A DNA stretch of 64,000 bases from Chiloscyllium plagiosum (GCF_004010195.1 NC_057718.1:69563589-69627588); one strand, 5' to 3'. Counted from the first letter of the stretch, positions 25,838 through 39,371 are shown. The notes: a model not told the origin generated them from the sequence alone. Translations and numbers: made by a program.

Positions 25838-27014
25838 TATCTTACATAAATTTGAGCATCAGAATGTTATAATAAATCTCACTATATCACTGAGTGACAT
25901 GCAACAGCATTTTAATATTTCTAATTATGACATATAATATTCACTTATAAAATAACATAATTCAAAGTGCATTTTAATATTTAAACATGTAAGAGTTTAG
26001 ATTCAATGACTGTCAGACTGAAGTGCTAGGTTGGGAGTTTAGTTGCAACTTGCATATGAAACATACAATAAAAGCAGAGACAGAGAGCAAGAAATATGCT
26101 GAAGAAGTGATCAATCAAAATAATCAATTCCAAGCAGCATTTAATAATATCTTGATTGACATTTTATTAAGTATCTACAAAACTCTTTAAATAGACATCA
26201 AACAAAATTAGTATTTTCAAGTGTTGCGGTACTGCTACCTAAATATCAACATTGCCATGTAATCTTTAGTTCGGTTGTACAAATTTCATTTTGAGATCGG
26301 TGATAAATTTAGAAAATTATACCCACAATAATGGTGCTATTTTCAGATTTCATACATCTAACTTTCGGGGAGATTTCTAATAAAACATGTTAAATATTTG
26401 AAAATTTCAATATGATGGGGTATAAAGGTCACAGGGCACCCCTGTTACAAAAGGTATTTTTGGAAAAGCTTCACATGCAGTAAATGGAGCAGGGACCCTC
26501 AAGTGTGAGCAGGATAAGATATTGTGATAACTACATCCAATGATATATAACAATTTTGTAATGCTTCTGTACTTCCCCGAGTATTGTCATAAAGATATCC
26601 AGCGGTTGAATAATCCCAATTATTTCTGTTGATACCTACAAATGAGCTATCCCATTTATGTGCTTACATTCCAAACTCACGTTCTGACTCCTTAAATCTC
26701 CTCAGTCACATCAATTCACCTTTGGCAGACAACACCTCCAAGATCATGTATGGCTTGTTATTATTTGAAGCTGTTGTGACAGGGAGACAGACAGCTGAAC
26801 AAAGTCACATTTTCTACCTCTATTATTATAACATAATGAAATTAAATCATCAAAGACTCCCAAATAGTCACTCAAATGATTCTTAACCAGACTTTTGAAT
26901 AACTTTATCCCAGACTTTGTGACTATTTAATTTCCAGACATCAAAACCAAAAAGACTTAACTATTTATTAAATACACCACAACTTTAGAAGCAAATAGAC
27001 AGCATGCTTCCCTA

Positions 27015-28317
27015 CTGGAGGGAAGGTCATGCCTCACTAACTAGATCAAGGTTTTTGAGAAATTGATGATGATGATGATGATGATTTTGACGACGGATGA
27101 GGAAAAAGCAGTTGATGTTGTCTACATGGACTTCAGTAAAGCCTTTGACGAGGTCATTCATGGCAGGCTGGTACAAGAGGTAAAGTCACATGGTATCAGG
27201 CAAGAGCTGACAACATAGATATAGAACTGTCTTAGTCATAGGAGACAGAGGGTTGCAGTGGAAGGATGCTTTTTGGAATGGAGAATTGAGACCAGTGGTG
27301 TTCCAAAGGGATCAGTGCTGGAACCTCTATTGTCCATGATCTACACAAATGATCTGGAGGAAAACGTAGCTGGTCTAATTAGTAAGTTTGTGGACAATAT
27401 AAAGATTGGTGGAATTGTGGATAACGGTGGGGGGGGGGGGGGGGGGGGGTGCATTGTCAGAGGATACAGCAAGATATAGATCAATTGGAAAGCTGGTTGG
27501 AGAATGGCAGATGGAGTTTAATCCGGACAAATGTAAGGTGATGCATTTTGGAAGGTCAAGTACAGGTGGAAATTATACAGTGATGGCAGAACCCTTAGGA
27601 GTATTGATAAGCAGAAGGAGCTGTGTGTGCAGGTCCACAGATCACTGAAGGTGGCAACACAGGTAGATAAGGTAGTAAGAAAAGGCTTAAGGCATGTTTG
27701 TCTTCATTGGGGGCATTGAGTGTAAGGATAGGCAACTTATGCTGCAGCTTTGAAGAACGTTAGCTAGACCACACTTGGAAAATCGCTTACAGTGCTGATC
27801 ACCACACAACCAGAAGGTTGCGGATGCTTTGGATAAGGTACAGAAAAGGTATACCCAGATATTGCTCAGTATGGAGGATTTTAGCTGTGAAGAAAGGTTG
27901 GATACACTGGGTTTGTTTTCACTGGAATGCAGGTGGTTGAGGGGTCACTTGATAGAAGTTTATACAGTTGTGAATGGCATGGATAGAATGGAAAGTATGA
28001 GGCTTTTTCCCAGGGTGGAGGGGTCAATTACTATGGGACACAGGTTCAAGGTGTAGGGGTGGGGCAAGAGTTTAAAAGTGGTATGTTGTTCACACAAAGA
28101 TTGGTGAGTGCGGAGAATATGCTGCCAGAGGAGGTGGTGGAAGCAGACAAAGTAGCAACATTCAAGAAACATCTGGACCAACACATGAATAGGAAGGGAA
28201 TAGAAGGATACAGATCTTGTAAGTGACTACAGTTTTAGTATGGAAGGGCAAAATGTGTCGGCACAGGCTTGGAGGGCTGAAGGGCTTGTTCCTGTGCCAT
28301 ATTGTTCTTTGTTCTTT
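27015..28317 (+). mobile_element. CR1 ORF2 3' part and 3' UTR (continuation of 23775-24393)
   Basis: Starts GRSCLTN; YMDFSKAFD, GVPKGSVL, KFVDNIK; contains (GAT)7 at 27065-27085 and G21 at 27429-27449. Confidence 0.9.
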
Positions 28318-28439
28318 AGCAGAGAGAGAAACAAACATGGTAAGCCAAGTATGTCTGTGCCTTACAACCAAAACATTTGTTTTGAGTGAATGGACACTGA
28401 AAAGAGAGACAAAGTTAAGGAATAAGAATCAGAATTGTT

Positions 28440-28732
28440 TCAGCTCAACAAGTCCACACTGAACTTCTGAAGAGTAACCCACCCAGACCCATTCCTCTAT
28501 CCTACATTTGCCCCTGACTAATGCATCTGACCTTCATATCTCTATGGGCAATTTAGCATGGCCAATTCACCTAACCTGCACATCTTTAGTCTATGGGAGG
28601 AAACCAGAGCACCTGAAAGAAACCCACACGGACACAGGGAGAATGTGCAAACTCCACACAGATAGTAACCCGAGGCTGGAATTGAACCTGGGTCCCAGGT
28701 GCTGTGAGGCAGCAGTGCCACTGTGCCGCCCC
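28440..28732 (-). mobile_element. HE1-type V-SINE
   Basis: Head, V domain and part of tail. Confidence 0.85.
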
Positions 28733-28917
28733 TAAGTAAACAAAAATAAATGAAACACATAAGTAAATGAAATTAACAGGCCAGGCTTTCACGACATATT
28801 ATTTCATAGGCATAAATACTCCTTGGGTTGCTTTTCTGAGAATAGAACCATAGGAATAATACAGTACAGAAGTCAGTCATTCCATTCATCTTACTCATGC
28901 CAAACCAAAAACGTCCA

Positions 28918-29105
28918 GAAGCGGTGGAGGCTGGTAAAATTGCAACATTTAAAAGGCATCTGGATGGGTATATGAATAGGAAGGGTTTGGAGGGATATGG
29001 GCCAGGTGCTGGCAGGTGGGACTAGATTGGGTTGGGATATGTGGTCGGCATGGACAGGTTGGACCGAAGGGTCTGTTTCCATGCTGTACATCTCAAAGAC
29101 TCTAC
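28918..29105 (+). mobile_element. CR1 3' end, nested in an older minus-strand CR1 end (about 28850-29360)
   Basis: Reverse complement of the 3' end at 2000-2190. Confidence 0.85.
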
Positions 29106-29364
29106 GTCTTTTCTAACCACATCTTCCTGCACGCAGCCCATAGCCCTGCAGTTTATGGCACTTAAGGCGCAGTTCCAGGTCCTTTTTAAAATAGTTTTGT
29201 GTCTCTGTATCCACCAGCAAATCAAACAGTGAATTCCAGACATCCAACACCCTTTGCTTAAAAAAGATTTTCCTCACCTCCCCTCTAATCCCTCTGCCAC
29301 TTCGCCTGAATTTATGAGCCCTGGTTTTTGCACTCTCTGCCAAGGGAACAAATTCCTCCGGTCT

Positions 29365-31470
29365 AGACTGAAAACAAAAGATGCTGGAAATCATATGGGT
29401 CAGGCAGTATCCAAGGAGAGAGAGCAAGCTAACGTTAAGTCTAGATGTTTCTTCATCAGAGCTGACGTGAAGTCTGCAGGGTCAGCATTTATGTTCGGGT
29501 AAGATGACGTCAAAGTAGGACAGTCCAGCTGGAACACCACTGCTCCACTTACTCGTTGTCTTCATTTTCTTTTCTTTTCTTCCTCTTCCTCCATTCTTGT
29601 GGCCTCATAGCAGGGTCAGCCCTGACATGAGAGTCCGCACTGAGGACACCTGTGACCAATGACCCGGAGCGGGAATGCCTGTGACCAGTGACCCAGACGG
29701 GGGGTGCCTGTAGCCAGTGACTTGGAGCAGGAATGCCTGTGACCAGTGACCCAGAGTGGAGGCGCCTATAACCAGTGACCCAGAGCGGGGACGCCTGTGA
29801 CCAGCGACCCAGAGCGGGGACGCCTGTGACCAGTGACCCAGAGCGAGTACCCCTGCGACCAGTGACCCAGAGTGGAGGCATCTGTGACCAGTGACCAGTG
29901 GAAGTGTTCCACAAAGCAGCCACACAGTCTGCATTTGGTTTCTCCAATGCAGAGTATGCCGTATTGGGTACAGAGAATGCAATACACCAGATTGGAGGAG
30001 GTACAGGTGAAATGTTACTTCACCTGGAAAGACTGTTTAGGCCTTTGGACAGTGAGCAGGGAGGGGTGAAGGAGCAGCTGTTGCACCTTCTTCAGTTACA
30101 TGGGAAGGTGCCTTAGGAAGTGGGGATGGTGTTGGTTGTCGAGTAGTGGACTAGGGTGTCCTGGAGGGAATGGTCCCTGTGAAATGCAGACTGGGGAGTG
30201 AGGGAATGATCTCTTCAGTGGTGATGTTCTGTTGGAGTTGTCTGGAATGGCAGAGAATGATCCCTTGAACATAGAGGCTGGTGGGATAAAAAGTAAGGAC
30301 AAGGGAAACCAATCATGTTATTGCGAGTGATGGGAAGGGGCAAGGGCGGAAGTACGGGTGATAGGTCAGATACAGTTGAAAGCCCTGCCAACCACAGTGG
30401 GCAGGAAACCACGGTTATAGAAGAAGGAAGCCATGTCAGCAGTGCTGTTTTGGAAAGTGGCAATGTCTGAACAGATATGATGTACGTGAAGGAACTGTAG
30501 TGGATTTGTAGTGAATGACAGTGGACAGTTTATTCCCCAAAATGGAGATGGAGAGATCAAGGAAAGGAAGAGACGTATCAGGACCATGTAAAAGTTATAG
30601 AGGGGTTCAAATTGAACAAACGTTTCAAGGTGCAGACTGGAGCTTTAAGTGGCACCAAAACAGTTCTTGATGTACCGAGAAAAGAGTTCTAGGAGGGGCC
30701 ACTCGAGGACTGAAACAAGGAGAGTTCTGCATATCTCGTAAAGAGGCAGGCATAACTGGGACCCATGCAGGTGCTCATAGCCACTCCTTGGCAGAAGTCA
30801 GATGAATTAAAGGAGAAACTGTTCAGTGAGAGAACAAGTGCAGCTAAACGGAGGAGAGTAGTGTATGGGGATTGGTCAGGCTTCTGGTCAAGGAAGAAGC
30901 TGACAGCTCTCAGACCATCCTGGTGGGGAATGGAGGTATAGAGGGATTGGACATTCATTGTGAAGAGGAGGCAGTTGGGGGTCAAGGAACTGCAAATTGT
31001 CAATATGGCAGAGGAAGATGGAGTCAAAGTAGGAGGAAATGAGCTTGATGGGATAGGAACAGGCTGATATGATGGGCCTACTGAGACAGTCTGGTTTGTG
31101 GATTTTGGGAAGGAGGCTGAAGTGGGCAATCTGGGGTTGGGAGAGACATAAGATTGGAGGCAGTGGGAGCAACATCTCCAGAGGTAATCAGATCTGTGAC
31201 AGTCCTGGCAATGGTGGCTTGATATTCAAACACAGGTCATGGTCTGGGTAAGTTAGAAAGAAGTATCCAAGAATTGGCACTGAGCTTCCGCAAGGTAAAG
31301 ATTAATGTGCCAGATCACAACAGCAGCAACCTTGTCAGTGGGTTTAATAACAAAGTTAGGGTTGGTCCTAAGAGAGAAAAGTGCAACAATTTCAGAAGGG
31401 GACAGGTTAGAGCGAGTGAAAGGAGCAGAGAAATTGAGCTGGCCAACATCACACCGACAGTTTTCAATGT
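29365..31470 (-). mobile_element. Decayed Neptune-type PLE (RT, GIY-YIG, pLTR), interrupted at about 29500-29897
   Basis: LLPKIHKPD..RPIISAC, MNVQSLYTSIPH, GVAMSTCMGPSYACLF, YCILCTQYGILCIGETK. Confidence 0.9.
29645..29896. repeat. GC-rich 29-bp minisatellite, about 8.5 units
   Basis: Unit ~CCTGTGACCAGTGACCCAGAGCGGGGACG starting at 29649, 29678, 29707, 29736, 29765, 29794, 29823, 29852 and 29881. Confidence 0.95.
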
Positions 31471-31544
31471 CTACTTTCTCTACCCCTCATAATCATGTCA
31501 CCACCGCCCCCCCAGCCTTCTCTGTTCCAAGGAAAACAACAGGT

Positions 31545-34500
31545 GACTGAAGTAAAAGTAGGGAACCCTCAGGTCAAGCGATCATAATTCTATTAGTTTC
31601 AAAATGGTTATGGGCAAAGGCAAGCCTGCCATAAAAGTTAAAGTCCATAATGCAAGGCAAATTTTAATGGTCTGTGACGAGAACTTACAAAAGTTGATTG
31701 GAGCAGAGACACAGAGATGTACTACACGGAAACTCATCCATGTCAACCAGAATATCCTAACCTAATCTAGTCCCATTTTCCAGCATTTATCCCATATCCC
31801 TCTAAACCCTTCCCTTTCATATACCCATCCAGAAGCCTTTTAAAGCTTGTAATTGTCCAGACTTCACCAATTCCTCTGGCAACTCATTCCGTACACACAC
31901 CACCCTCTGCATGGAAAAGCTGCCCCTTAGGACTTCCCCCTCTCACCTTAAACCTATTCCCTATAGTTTTGGACTCCCCTACTTTGTCTATTTACCCTCT
32001 CCGTGCCCCTCATGATTTTATAAACCTTCAAAAGGCCATCCCTCAGCCTCCAATGCTCCACAGAAAATAACCTGAGCCTACTCAGCCTCTCCCTAAAGCT
32101 CAAACCCTCCAATCCCAGCAACATCCTAGTGAATCTTTTCTGAACCCTTTCAAGTTTCACAACATCTTTCTGATAGCAGGGAGGCCAGAATTGCACACAG
32201 TATTCTAAAAGTGGCCTAACCAATGTCCTGTACAGCCACAACATGACCTCCCAACTCCTACACTCAATGCACTGACCATAATACAATAAGCTTTAATCTG
32301 CAATTTGAAAGCGGAAGGGCACAATTGGTAGTGACAATATTTCAGTTGAATAAAGGGAACTATGGAGCTATGAGGGAGGAGCTGGCCAAAGGTCAATGGT
32401 GCAATACCTTAGCAGGGATGACAGTGGAGGAACAATGGCAGATATTTCTGTGTATAATGCAGAAGTTGCAGGATCAGTTCATTCCAAAAAGGAAGAAAGA
32501 TCCTAGGAGGAGACAGGGGTGGCCGTGGCTCACAAGGGAAGTTAAGAAACATACAAAGTCAAAAGATAAAAAGTATAACATAGCAAAGATAAGTGGGAAG
32601 ACGGAGGGTGGGTAAGCTTTTAAAGAACAACAGAGGATTACTAAGAAGGAAATACGCAGAGAAAAAATGAGGTACGAAGGTAAACTGGCCAAAAATATAA
32701 CGGAGGATAGTAAAAGCTTTTTTAGGTATGTGAAAGGGAAAAAAATGGTTAAGACTAAAATTGGGCCCTTGAAGACAGAAACAGGGGAATATATTACAGG
32801 GAACAAAAAAATGGCAGAAGAGTTGAATTGGTACTTCAGATTTGTGTTCACTGGGGAAGACACAAGCAATCTCCCAGAGGTAACAATGGCTGAAGGACCT
32901 GGACTGAAGGGAAGTTATATTTGCCAGGAATTGGTGTTGGAGAGACTGTTAGGTCTGAAGGCTGATAAGTCCCCGGGGCCTGATGGTCTACATCCCAGAG
33001 TACTGAAGGAGATGGCTCTAGGAATCGTGGATGCGTTGGTGATTATTTTCCAGAGTTNNNNNNNNNNNNNNNNNNNNNNNNNNNNNNNNNNNNNNTTCTC
33101 CCCGTGTCTGCTTGGGTTTCCTCCGGGTGCTCCGGTTTCCTCCCACCATCCAAAGATGTGCAGGGTCAGGTGAATTGGCCAAAACAAATTGCACGTAGTG
33201 ATAGGTAAGGGGTAAATGTAGGGTTATGGGTGGGTTTCGCTTCGGCGGCTGAGTGTGGACTTGTTGGGCCGAAGGGTCTGTTTCCACACTGTAATCTAAT
33301 CTAATCTAATCTAATAACATTAGCAAATTTGCTGATGATACAAAGCTGGGTGGCAGGGTGAAATGTAAGGAGGATGTTAGGAGATTACAGGGTGACCTGG
33401 ACAAGTTAGGTGAGTGGTCAGATGCATGGTAGATGCAGTTTAATGTGGATAAATGTATGGTTATCCACTTTGGTGGTAAGAACAGGAAGGCAGATTACTA
33501 CCTAAATGAAGTCAAGTTAGGTAAAGGGGCAGTAACAAAGAGATCTGGGTGTTCTTGTACACTAGTCAATGAAGGCAAGCATGCAGGTACAGCAGGTAAT
33601 GAAGAAAGCTAATAGCATGCTGGCCTTCATATCAAAAGGGATTGAGTATAGAAGCAAAGAGATTCTTTTGCAGCTGTACAGGGCCCTGGTGAGACCGCAC
33701 CTGGAATATTGTGCGCAGTTTTGGTCTCCAAATTTGAGGAAAGACATTCTGGCTACTGAGGGAGTGCAGCGTAGGTTCATGAGGTCAATTCCTGGAATGG
33801 CGGGACTATCTTATTTTGAAAGATTGGAGCGACTGGGCTTGTATACTCTTGAGTTTAGAAGACTGAGAGGGGATCTGATTGAGACGTATAAGATTATTAA
33901 AGGATTGAACACTCTGGAGGCAGAAACATGTTTCCGCTGATGGGTGAGTCCCAAACCAGAGGACAGAGCTTAAAAATAAGGGGTAGGCCATTTAGGACAG
34001 AGATGAGGAGAAACTTCTTCACCCAGAGAGTGGTGGGTGTGTGGAATGTTCTGCCCCAGAAGACAGTGGAGGCCCAGTCTTTGGATTCGTTTAAGAAAGA
34101 GTTGGATAGAGCTCTCAAGGATAGTGGAATCAAGGGTTATGGAAATAAGGCAGGAACAGGATACTGATTGAGGATGATCAGCCATGATCATATTGAATGG
34201 TGGTGCACGCTTGAAGGGCAGAATGGCCTACTCCTCACCTATTGTCTATTGTCAATAAATGCAAGCATATCAACCTGCGACTCCACTTTCACGGAACTAT
34301 AAACCTGCACTCCAAGGTCTCTTTGTTCAGCAACACTCTCCAGGACCTTAGCATTAAGTGTATAAGTCCTGCCATAATTTGCCTTTCCAAAAGGTGTCAC
34401 CTCACACTTATCTAAATTAAACTCCATATGCCACTCCTTGGCCCATTTGCCCATCTGATCAGGGTCCCATTGTATTCTGAGGTAACCTTTTTTTGCTGTC

Positions 34501-34900
34501 CACTACACTTCCAATTTTGGTGTCATCTGCAAACTTACTAACAGAGTAGATTGTTCACAGGTAAAAGGATATCTGACAAGTGGGAGGCTTTCAAGAATGT
34601 GATGACGAGAGCTCAGAGACATTTTTTCCTGTTAGAGTGAAGCGTAAGGCTGGTAAGATTAAGGAACAATGGATGAATACAGATATTGAGGTTCTAGTCA
34701 AGAATAAAAGAGAATCTTATTTTGGATGGACAACTTGGTTCAAATGAATCTCTTAATCAAAAGAAAGTGTAGGGGCATTCTTAAGAAGGAAATCAGGAAA
34801 GTAAGGAGTGGATATAAGATAACATTGGCAGATAAGGTAGACAATAATCCAAAGAGATTCTACAAGTACAGTAAGAGTAAGAAGGTAACTAAAAGATTAG
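31545..34900. mobile_element. Cluster of nested CR1 fragments in both orientations (plus 32290-33057 and 33316-34250; minus 31710-32280 and 34255-34545)
   Basis: ORFs 31954-32286, 32667-33057 (DKSPGPDGLHPRVLKE), 33569-33940 (LVRPHLEYCAQFWSP) and 33928-34167. Confidence 0.9.
33096..33315 (+). mobile_element. HE1-type V-SINE (5' end in gap)
   Basis: V domain plus (TAATC)n tail. Confidence 0.9.
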
Positions 34901-34959
34901 GTCAGGCAAAAGAGGGTGGATGTTGGGGCAATTTTTTTCTGACCTTATTATTGATGTTA

Positions 34960-35621
34960 TTGAGGATGTTTTTAGAAATGATTGCAGGAGAAAAATTGTA
35001 TTTCAAAATTCGCCTCATTCTGCACAAGCCATCCTCCCACCATTAGTGAGCTTTATGAAAACACTATAGTGCTATTTCTACCTCTGAACACAAACTCTCT
35101 CATTCAACTCATGGACCAGAGTGCAATAGCAGCTTTTAAAACTTATCTTTTAAGGTATTCATTCAGGAAGCTGATAGTAGCTACTGAGGGGGGCAATGAG
35201 AGCAGTATTCTTCAACTTTGGAAGAGCTTTAAAATTAAGAATGATATTGACCTCATTGTGGAGGCCTGGGTGATGTCAGCAAGGACTGCCTGCATGCAGT
35301 TTAACGGAAGCTTCTCCCACGTTTTCTTCATGATTTTAAAGGCATTGAACTGCCAGAGGAGTTTCCAGCAACCAAAGAACATTGTGTCGCTCTTCCAAAG
35401 CAAATTGGACTTGAAGAAGTGAAGATTGATCTACCACAGCTTGTTGTTGTGGGGGAAATTGAAGCTCGAGCTGAAAACGATGAAGTCCAGGATGCAGCAT
35501 CACGAAAACATTCCATTTCTCTTTTGTTTTCTATCCTGAGGGATGTTCAAAAACAGCTGCAGCTCTTAGAAGGCAATGACTACAATGCAGAATGCAGCAG
35601 GAGAGCAGTTTATGGCATAAA
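34960..35621 (+). mobile_element. pogo/Tigger DNA transposon, DDE transposase C-terminal relic
   Basis: VLFLPLNTNSLIQLMDQSAIAAFKTY matches the Tigger motif FLPPNTTSLIQPMDQGVI..FK.Y; runs into an N gap. Confidence 0.85.
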
Positions 35622-36122
35622 NNNNNNNNNNNNNNNNNNNNNNNNNNNNNNNNNNNNNNNNNNNNNNNNNNNNNNNNNNNNNNNNNNNNNNNNNNNNNNN
35701 NNNNNNNNNNNNNNNNNNNNNNNNNNNNNNNNNNNNNNNNNNNNNNNNNNNNNNNNNNNNNNNNNNNNNNNNNNNNNNNNNNNNNNNNNNNNNNNNNNNN
35801 NNNNNNNNNNNNNNNNNNNNNNNNNNNNNNNNNNNNNNNNNNNNNNNNNNNNNNNNNNNNNNNNNNNNNNNNNNNNNNNNNNNNNNNNNNNNNNNNNNNN
35901 NNNNNNNNNNNNNNNNNNNNNNNNNNNNNNNNNNNNNNNNNNNNNNNNNNNNNNNNNNNNNNNNNNNNNNNNNNNNNNNNNNNNNNNNNNNNNNNNNNNN
36001 NNNNNNNNNNNNNNNNNNNNNNNNNNNNNNNNNNNNNNNNNNNNNNNNNNNNNNNNNNNNNNNNNNNNNNNNNNNNNNNNNNNNNNNNNNNNNNNNNNNN
36101 NNNNNNNNNNNNNNNNNNNNNA

Positions 36123-37290
36123 TTTCCAAGTCAGGGTGGTGAATGACTTAGAGGCGAACTTGAAGGTGGTGCTGTTCCCAAGTATCTGCTGCCCTTCTCC
36201 TTCTAAATAGAAGTAATTGTGGATTTGGAAGGTATTTTCTGAGGATCTTTGGTAAATTCCTGGAGTGCATCGTACTGCTGCCACTGAGCATCAGTGGTGA
36301 AGGGGGTGGATGTTTATGGATGTAGTGCCAATCATGTTGGCTGCTTTGTCCTGGATGGTGTCAAGTTCTTGAGTGCAGACACTCGTCCAGACAAGCGGGG
36401 AGCATGCCATCACATTCCTGACTTGTGCCTTGTAGATGGTGGACAGGATCTGGGGAGTCAGGAGATGTGTTACTCGCAGTATTCCTAGCATCTGACCTGC
36501 TCTTATAGCCAGTGTTTATGTGGTGAGTCCAGTTGAGTTTCTGGTCAATGATAACCCCCAGGATGTTGATAGTAGGGATTTCAGTGATGGTAGCACCATT
36601 GTATGTCAAGAGGTGTGGTTAGATCTTACTGGTCATAGCCTGGCATTTATGTGGCATGAATGTTGCTTGCCACTTGTCAGCAGAAGCTTGGATAATGTTC
36701 AGATCTTTTTGCATTTGGACATGGTCTGCTTCAGTATCTGGGGAGTCATGAATGGTGTTGAGCATTGTTCGTTGATGATTGAAAGCCCCATTTCTGACCT
36801 TATGATGAAGGCAAGTTCATTGATAAAGCAGCTGAAAATGGTTGGGCCGATGACACTACCCTGAAGAACTTGTGCAGAGGTGTCCTGCAGCTGAGATGAC
36901 TGACCTCCAACAACCACAACAATCAGCTCTTTTGTCCATGTTTGAACCAAGGTTGTTCTGAAGTCAGCAGCTGAGTGGCCATGGTAGAACCCAAACTGGA
37001 TGTCACTGAGCAGGTGCCACTCGACAGCACTGTTGATGACACCGTCCATTACTTTACTGACGATCAAGAGTAGACTGATGGGGCAGAAATTGGCGAGGTT
37101 GGATTTGTCCTGCTTTTGTGTACAGGTCATTCTTGAGCAATTTTCCACATTGTCAGGAAAATGCCACTGTTGCAATTGCATTGGAACAACTTGGCTAGGG
37201 GAGTGGCAAGACCTGGAATACAAGTACCATAATGTTGGCAGGGCCCAGAGTCTTTGCCGTATCCACTGTCTCCAACCATTTTTTGCTATC
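36123..37290 (-). mobile_element. L2/CR1-group LINE RT fragment
   Basis: DKSNLANFCPISLLLIVSKVMD..QFGF..QGSVIGPTIFSCFINEL; ILGVIIDQKLNWTHHIN. Confidence 0.85.
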
Positions 37291-37299
37291 TTGATAAAA

Positions 37300-39350
37300 T
37301 TGATCTTAGTCAAGCCTATCTCCAAATGAATATCAATCCTGAATCACAGAAACAGGATGATTGTGACACATAAAGGACTACTCAAACACATGAGACTTCC
37401 ATTTTGGTACCTGCATTACATCTAAATGCCATGAATTTAAGTGGATTAGAAGGAGCCCAATGTTACCCACATCATATTTTAACAACACATTTTCATTTCT
37501 CCAACTCTGCAGAGACTTGCAGATTAATGTCTAAGAGTGAGGAAAGACAAATATGATTTTTTTAAAAAAGACTATCATTGAAGATTTAGGCCATATCATT
37601 GATGTTAAGTGACTACACAGAGGTCACCTTAAAAGTAAAAGTCATAACTGATACACCAACACCTAAAAATGTAAACCAACTACAAACATTTATGGGCTTG
37701 CCAAATTACTATGGCAAATTGTCTCAAATCTTGCAACCATTCTCAAGCCATTGTAGGGTATATACTAAAACAAGAATTGGAAAGGGAAAGATCAATGTGA
37801 AAGCACTTTCACACAAACCAAAGAGGCTTTGTGAAAGTCAGAAGTCCTGACCCTTTTTGACTCAAAGTTCCTGTTGCAACAAGACTGTGATGCTTCACCA
37901 TATGGAGAGGGAGCAATCATTTCTCATGTTACCTAATGGTGGGGTGGGTTGCGCTTCGGCGGGTCGGAGTGGACTTGTTGGGCCGAAGGGCCTGTTTCCA
38001 CACTGTAATGTAATCTAATCTAATCTAATCTAATATGGAAATGGAGCAATCATTTCTCATGTTACCTAATGGTGGAGAAACCAACTGCTTTTTGCATCAA
38101 AATTATTAAACAAATCTACAAAAAAAAGACTGTGCACAGGTAGAGAAAGAAGGTCGAGGAAACACTTTTGGCATAAAACGATTCCCTCCGCCAATATCTC
38201 TCAGGCCAGGAATTTACTCTGCTAACAGCCTGCAGATCATTGACTACAATAAAATTCGAGCCTCATATTGGGATGCATTTTCTAGCAGAGGTGGGAGGTG
38301 TTGCTATCAGCTCACACTTATATGAACAGGTATCACCACTCCAATGTGCATGAGAATGGAACTACAAACAGTCCTTGAAATTTTCTATTTCAAACAAGCA
38401 GAGAAACATTGGTATCACAAGGGCAAGTTAACAACATACGCTAGAAATGATCCATTACCAAGAAAAGTGATGGACATGGTACTTTGTGACAAATCACAGG
38501 AACAACCCCTAAACTGAAACCAGGTGTCACATAGGAACGTGAACTATCTGCACAAGCAGGATGTCTCCTATGCAGAATGAAGGTCATCACTCCAACACAG
38601 CAAAGGAAAAATCTGTTAAATCAATCAGGCGAAGGTCACTAAAGCATTGTCAGAATGGTGAAGATAGCCAGAAACCATGTTTGGTGACCCAGACTTTACT
38701 CTAAAATTGAGGAGAAAGTGAGAATATGTGCAGAGGTATCAACCTACCTCCATCCAGTGCCAGAAAGGTCATTGCAAAGAATCCACACTGACTACACTAG
38801 ACGTTTTGAAGGGGAAACGTTTATCATAGTGGTTGACACACAAGCTAAATGACCTGAAGTTGCCAGCATAAAAATGACAACTTCAGAGAAAAACTTTGAA
38901 AGATTTGGGAAGTTCTTTGCGAGGTTTGGTTGTTCAGAACAATCCATTAGTGATAAAGGCCCACAGTTTGTATCTAAAGTGGAACAGAATTCAACATATC
39001 TTATTAGCTCCTTATCACGCAGCTACAAATGGTTTGTCAGAAAGGTTTGTTTCAGGTAATTCGTGAACAAGGATCGCTATCTAAAAGACTGTGCAAGTTT
39101 TTATTAACATACCAGAACACAGCCCACCAATGACTCAAAGTTCTCCAGCATTGCTCATGGTAAACATGCAAGGCATTTAATTTGCTGAACCCACCCATGA
39201 CAATAGGTTGTTGACAGGAAACAAAAGAATTAGATTCTCCAGTGGGAGAACAAGGCCATATACCTCATTTTCCAAAAAGGTCAAGAAGCTTTGGTGAGGA
39301 ATTACATTATTGGCGAGAAATGAGTACAAGTTTCCATTATATATTGGTTT
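37300..39350 (+). mobile_element. Decayed Ty3/Gypsy pol (canonical RT-RNaseH-integrase order)
   Basis: PTPKNVNQLQTFMGLPNYYGK; CDASPYG..AIISHV (RNase H); FARFGCSEQSISDKGPQFVS (integrase). Confidence 0.85.
37943..38032 (+). mobile_element. 5'-truncated HE1 SINE tail with 43-bp flanking duplication
   Basis: GGTGGGTTGCGCTTCGG..(TAATC)n; direct repeats at 37900-37942 and 38033-38075. Confidence 0.9.
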
Positions 39351-39371
39351 CCTTTACCATATTTGTGGCAC

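Noticed and set aside
26500..26636. Possible minus-strand exon after ctcatttgtag
   Set aside because: No convincing donor site and the peptide is unrecognisable
27429..27449. G21 run as functional G-quadruplex or poly-Gly coding
   Set aside because: Homopolymer expansion within a dead CR1; its length is unreliable in assemblies
29645..29896. CRISPR-like regular repeats
   Set aside because: Units are contiguous with no unique spacers, there are no cas genes and the context is vertebrate; it is a minisatellite
35419..36284. Long ORFs of 184-263 aa
   Set aside because: Artefacts of translating the 500-N gap
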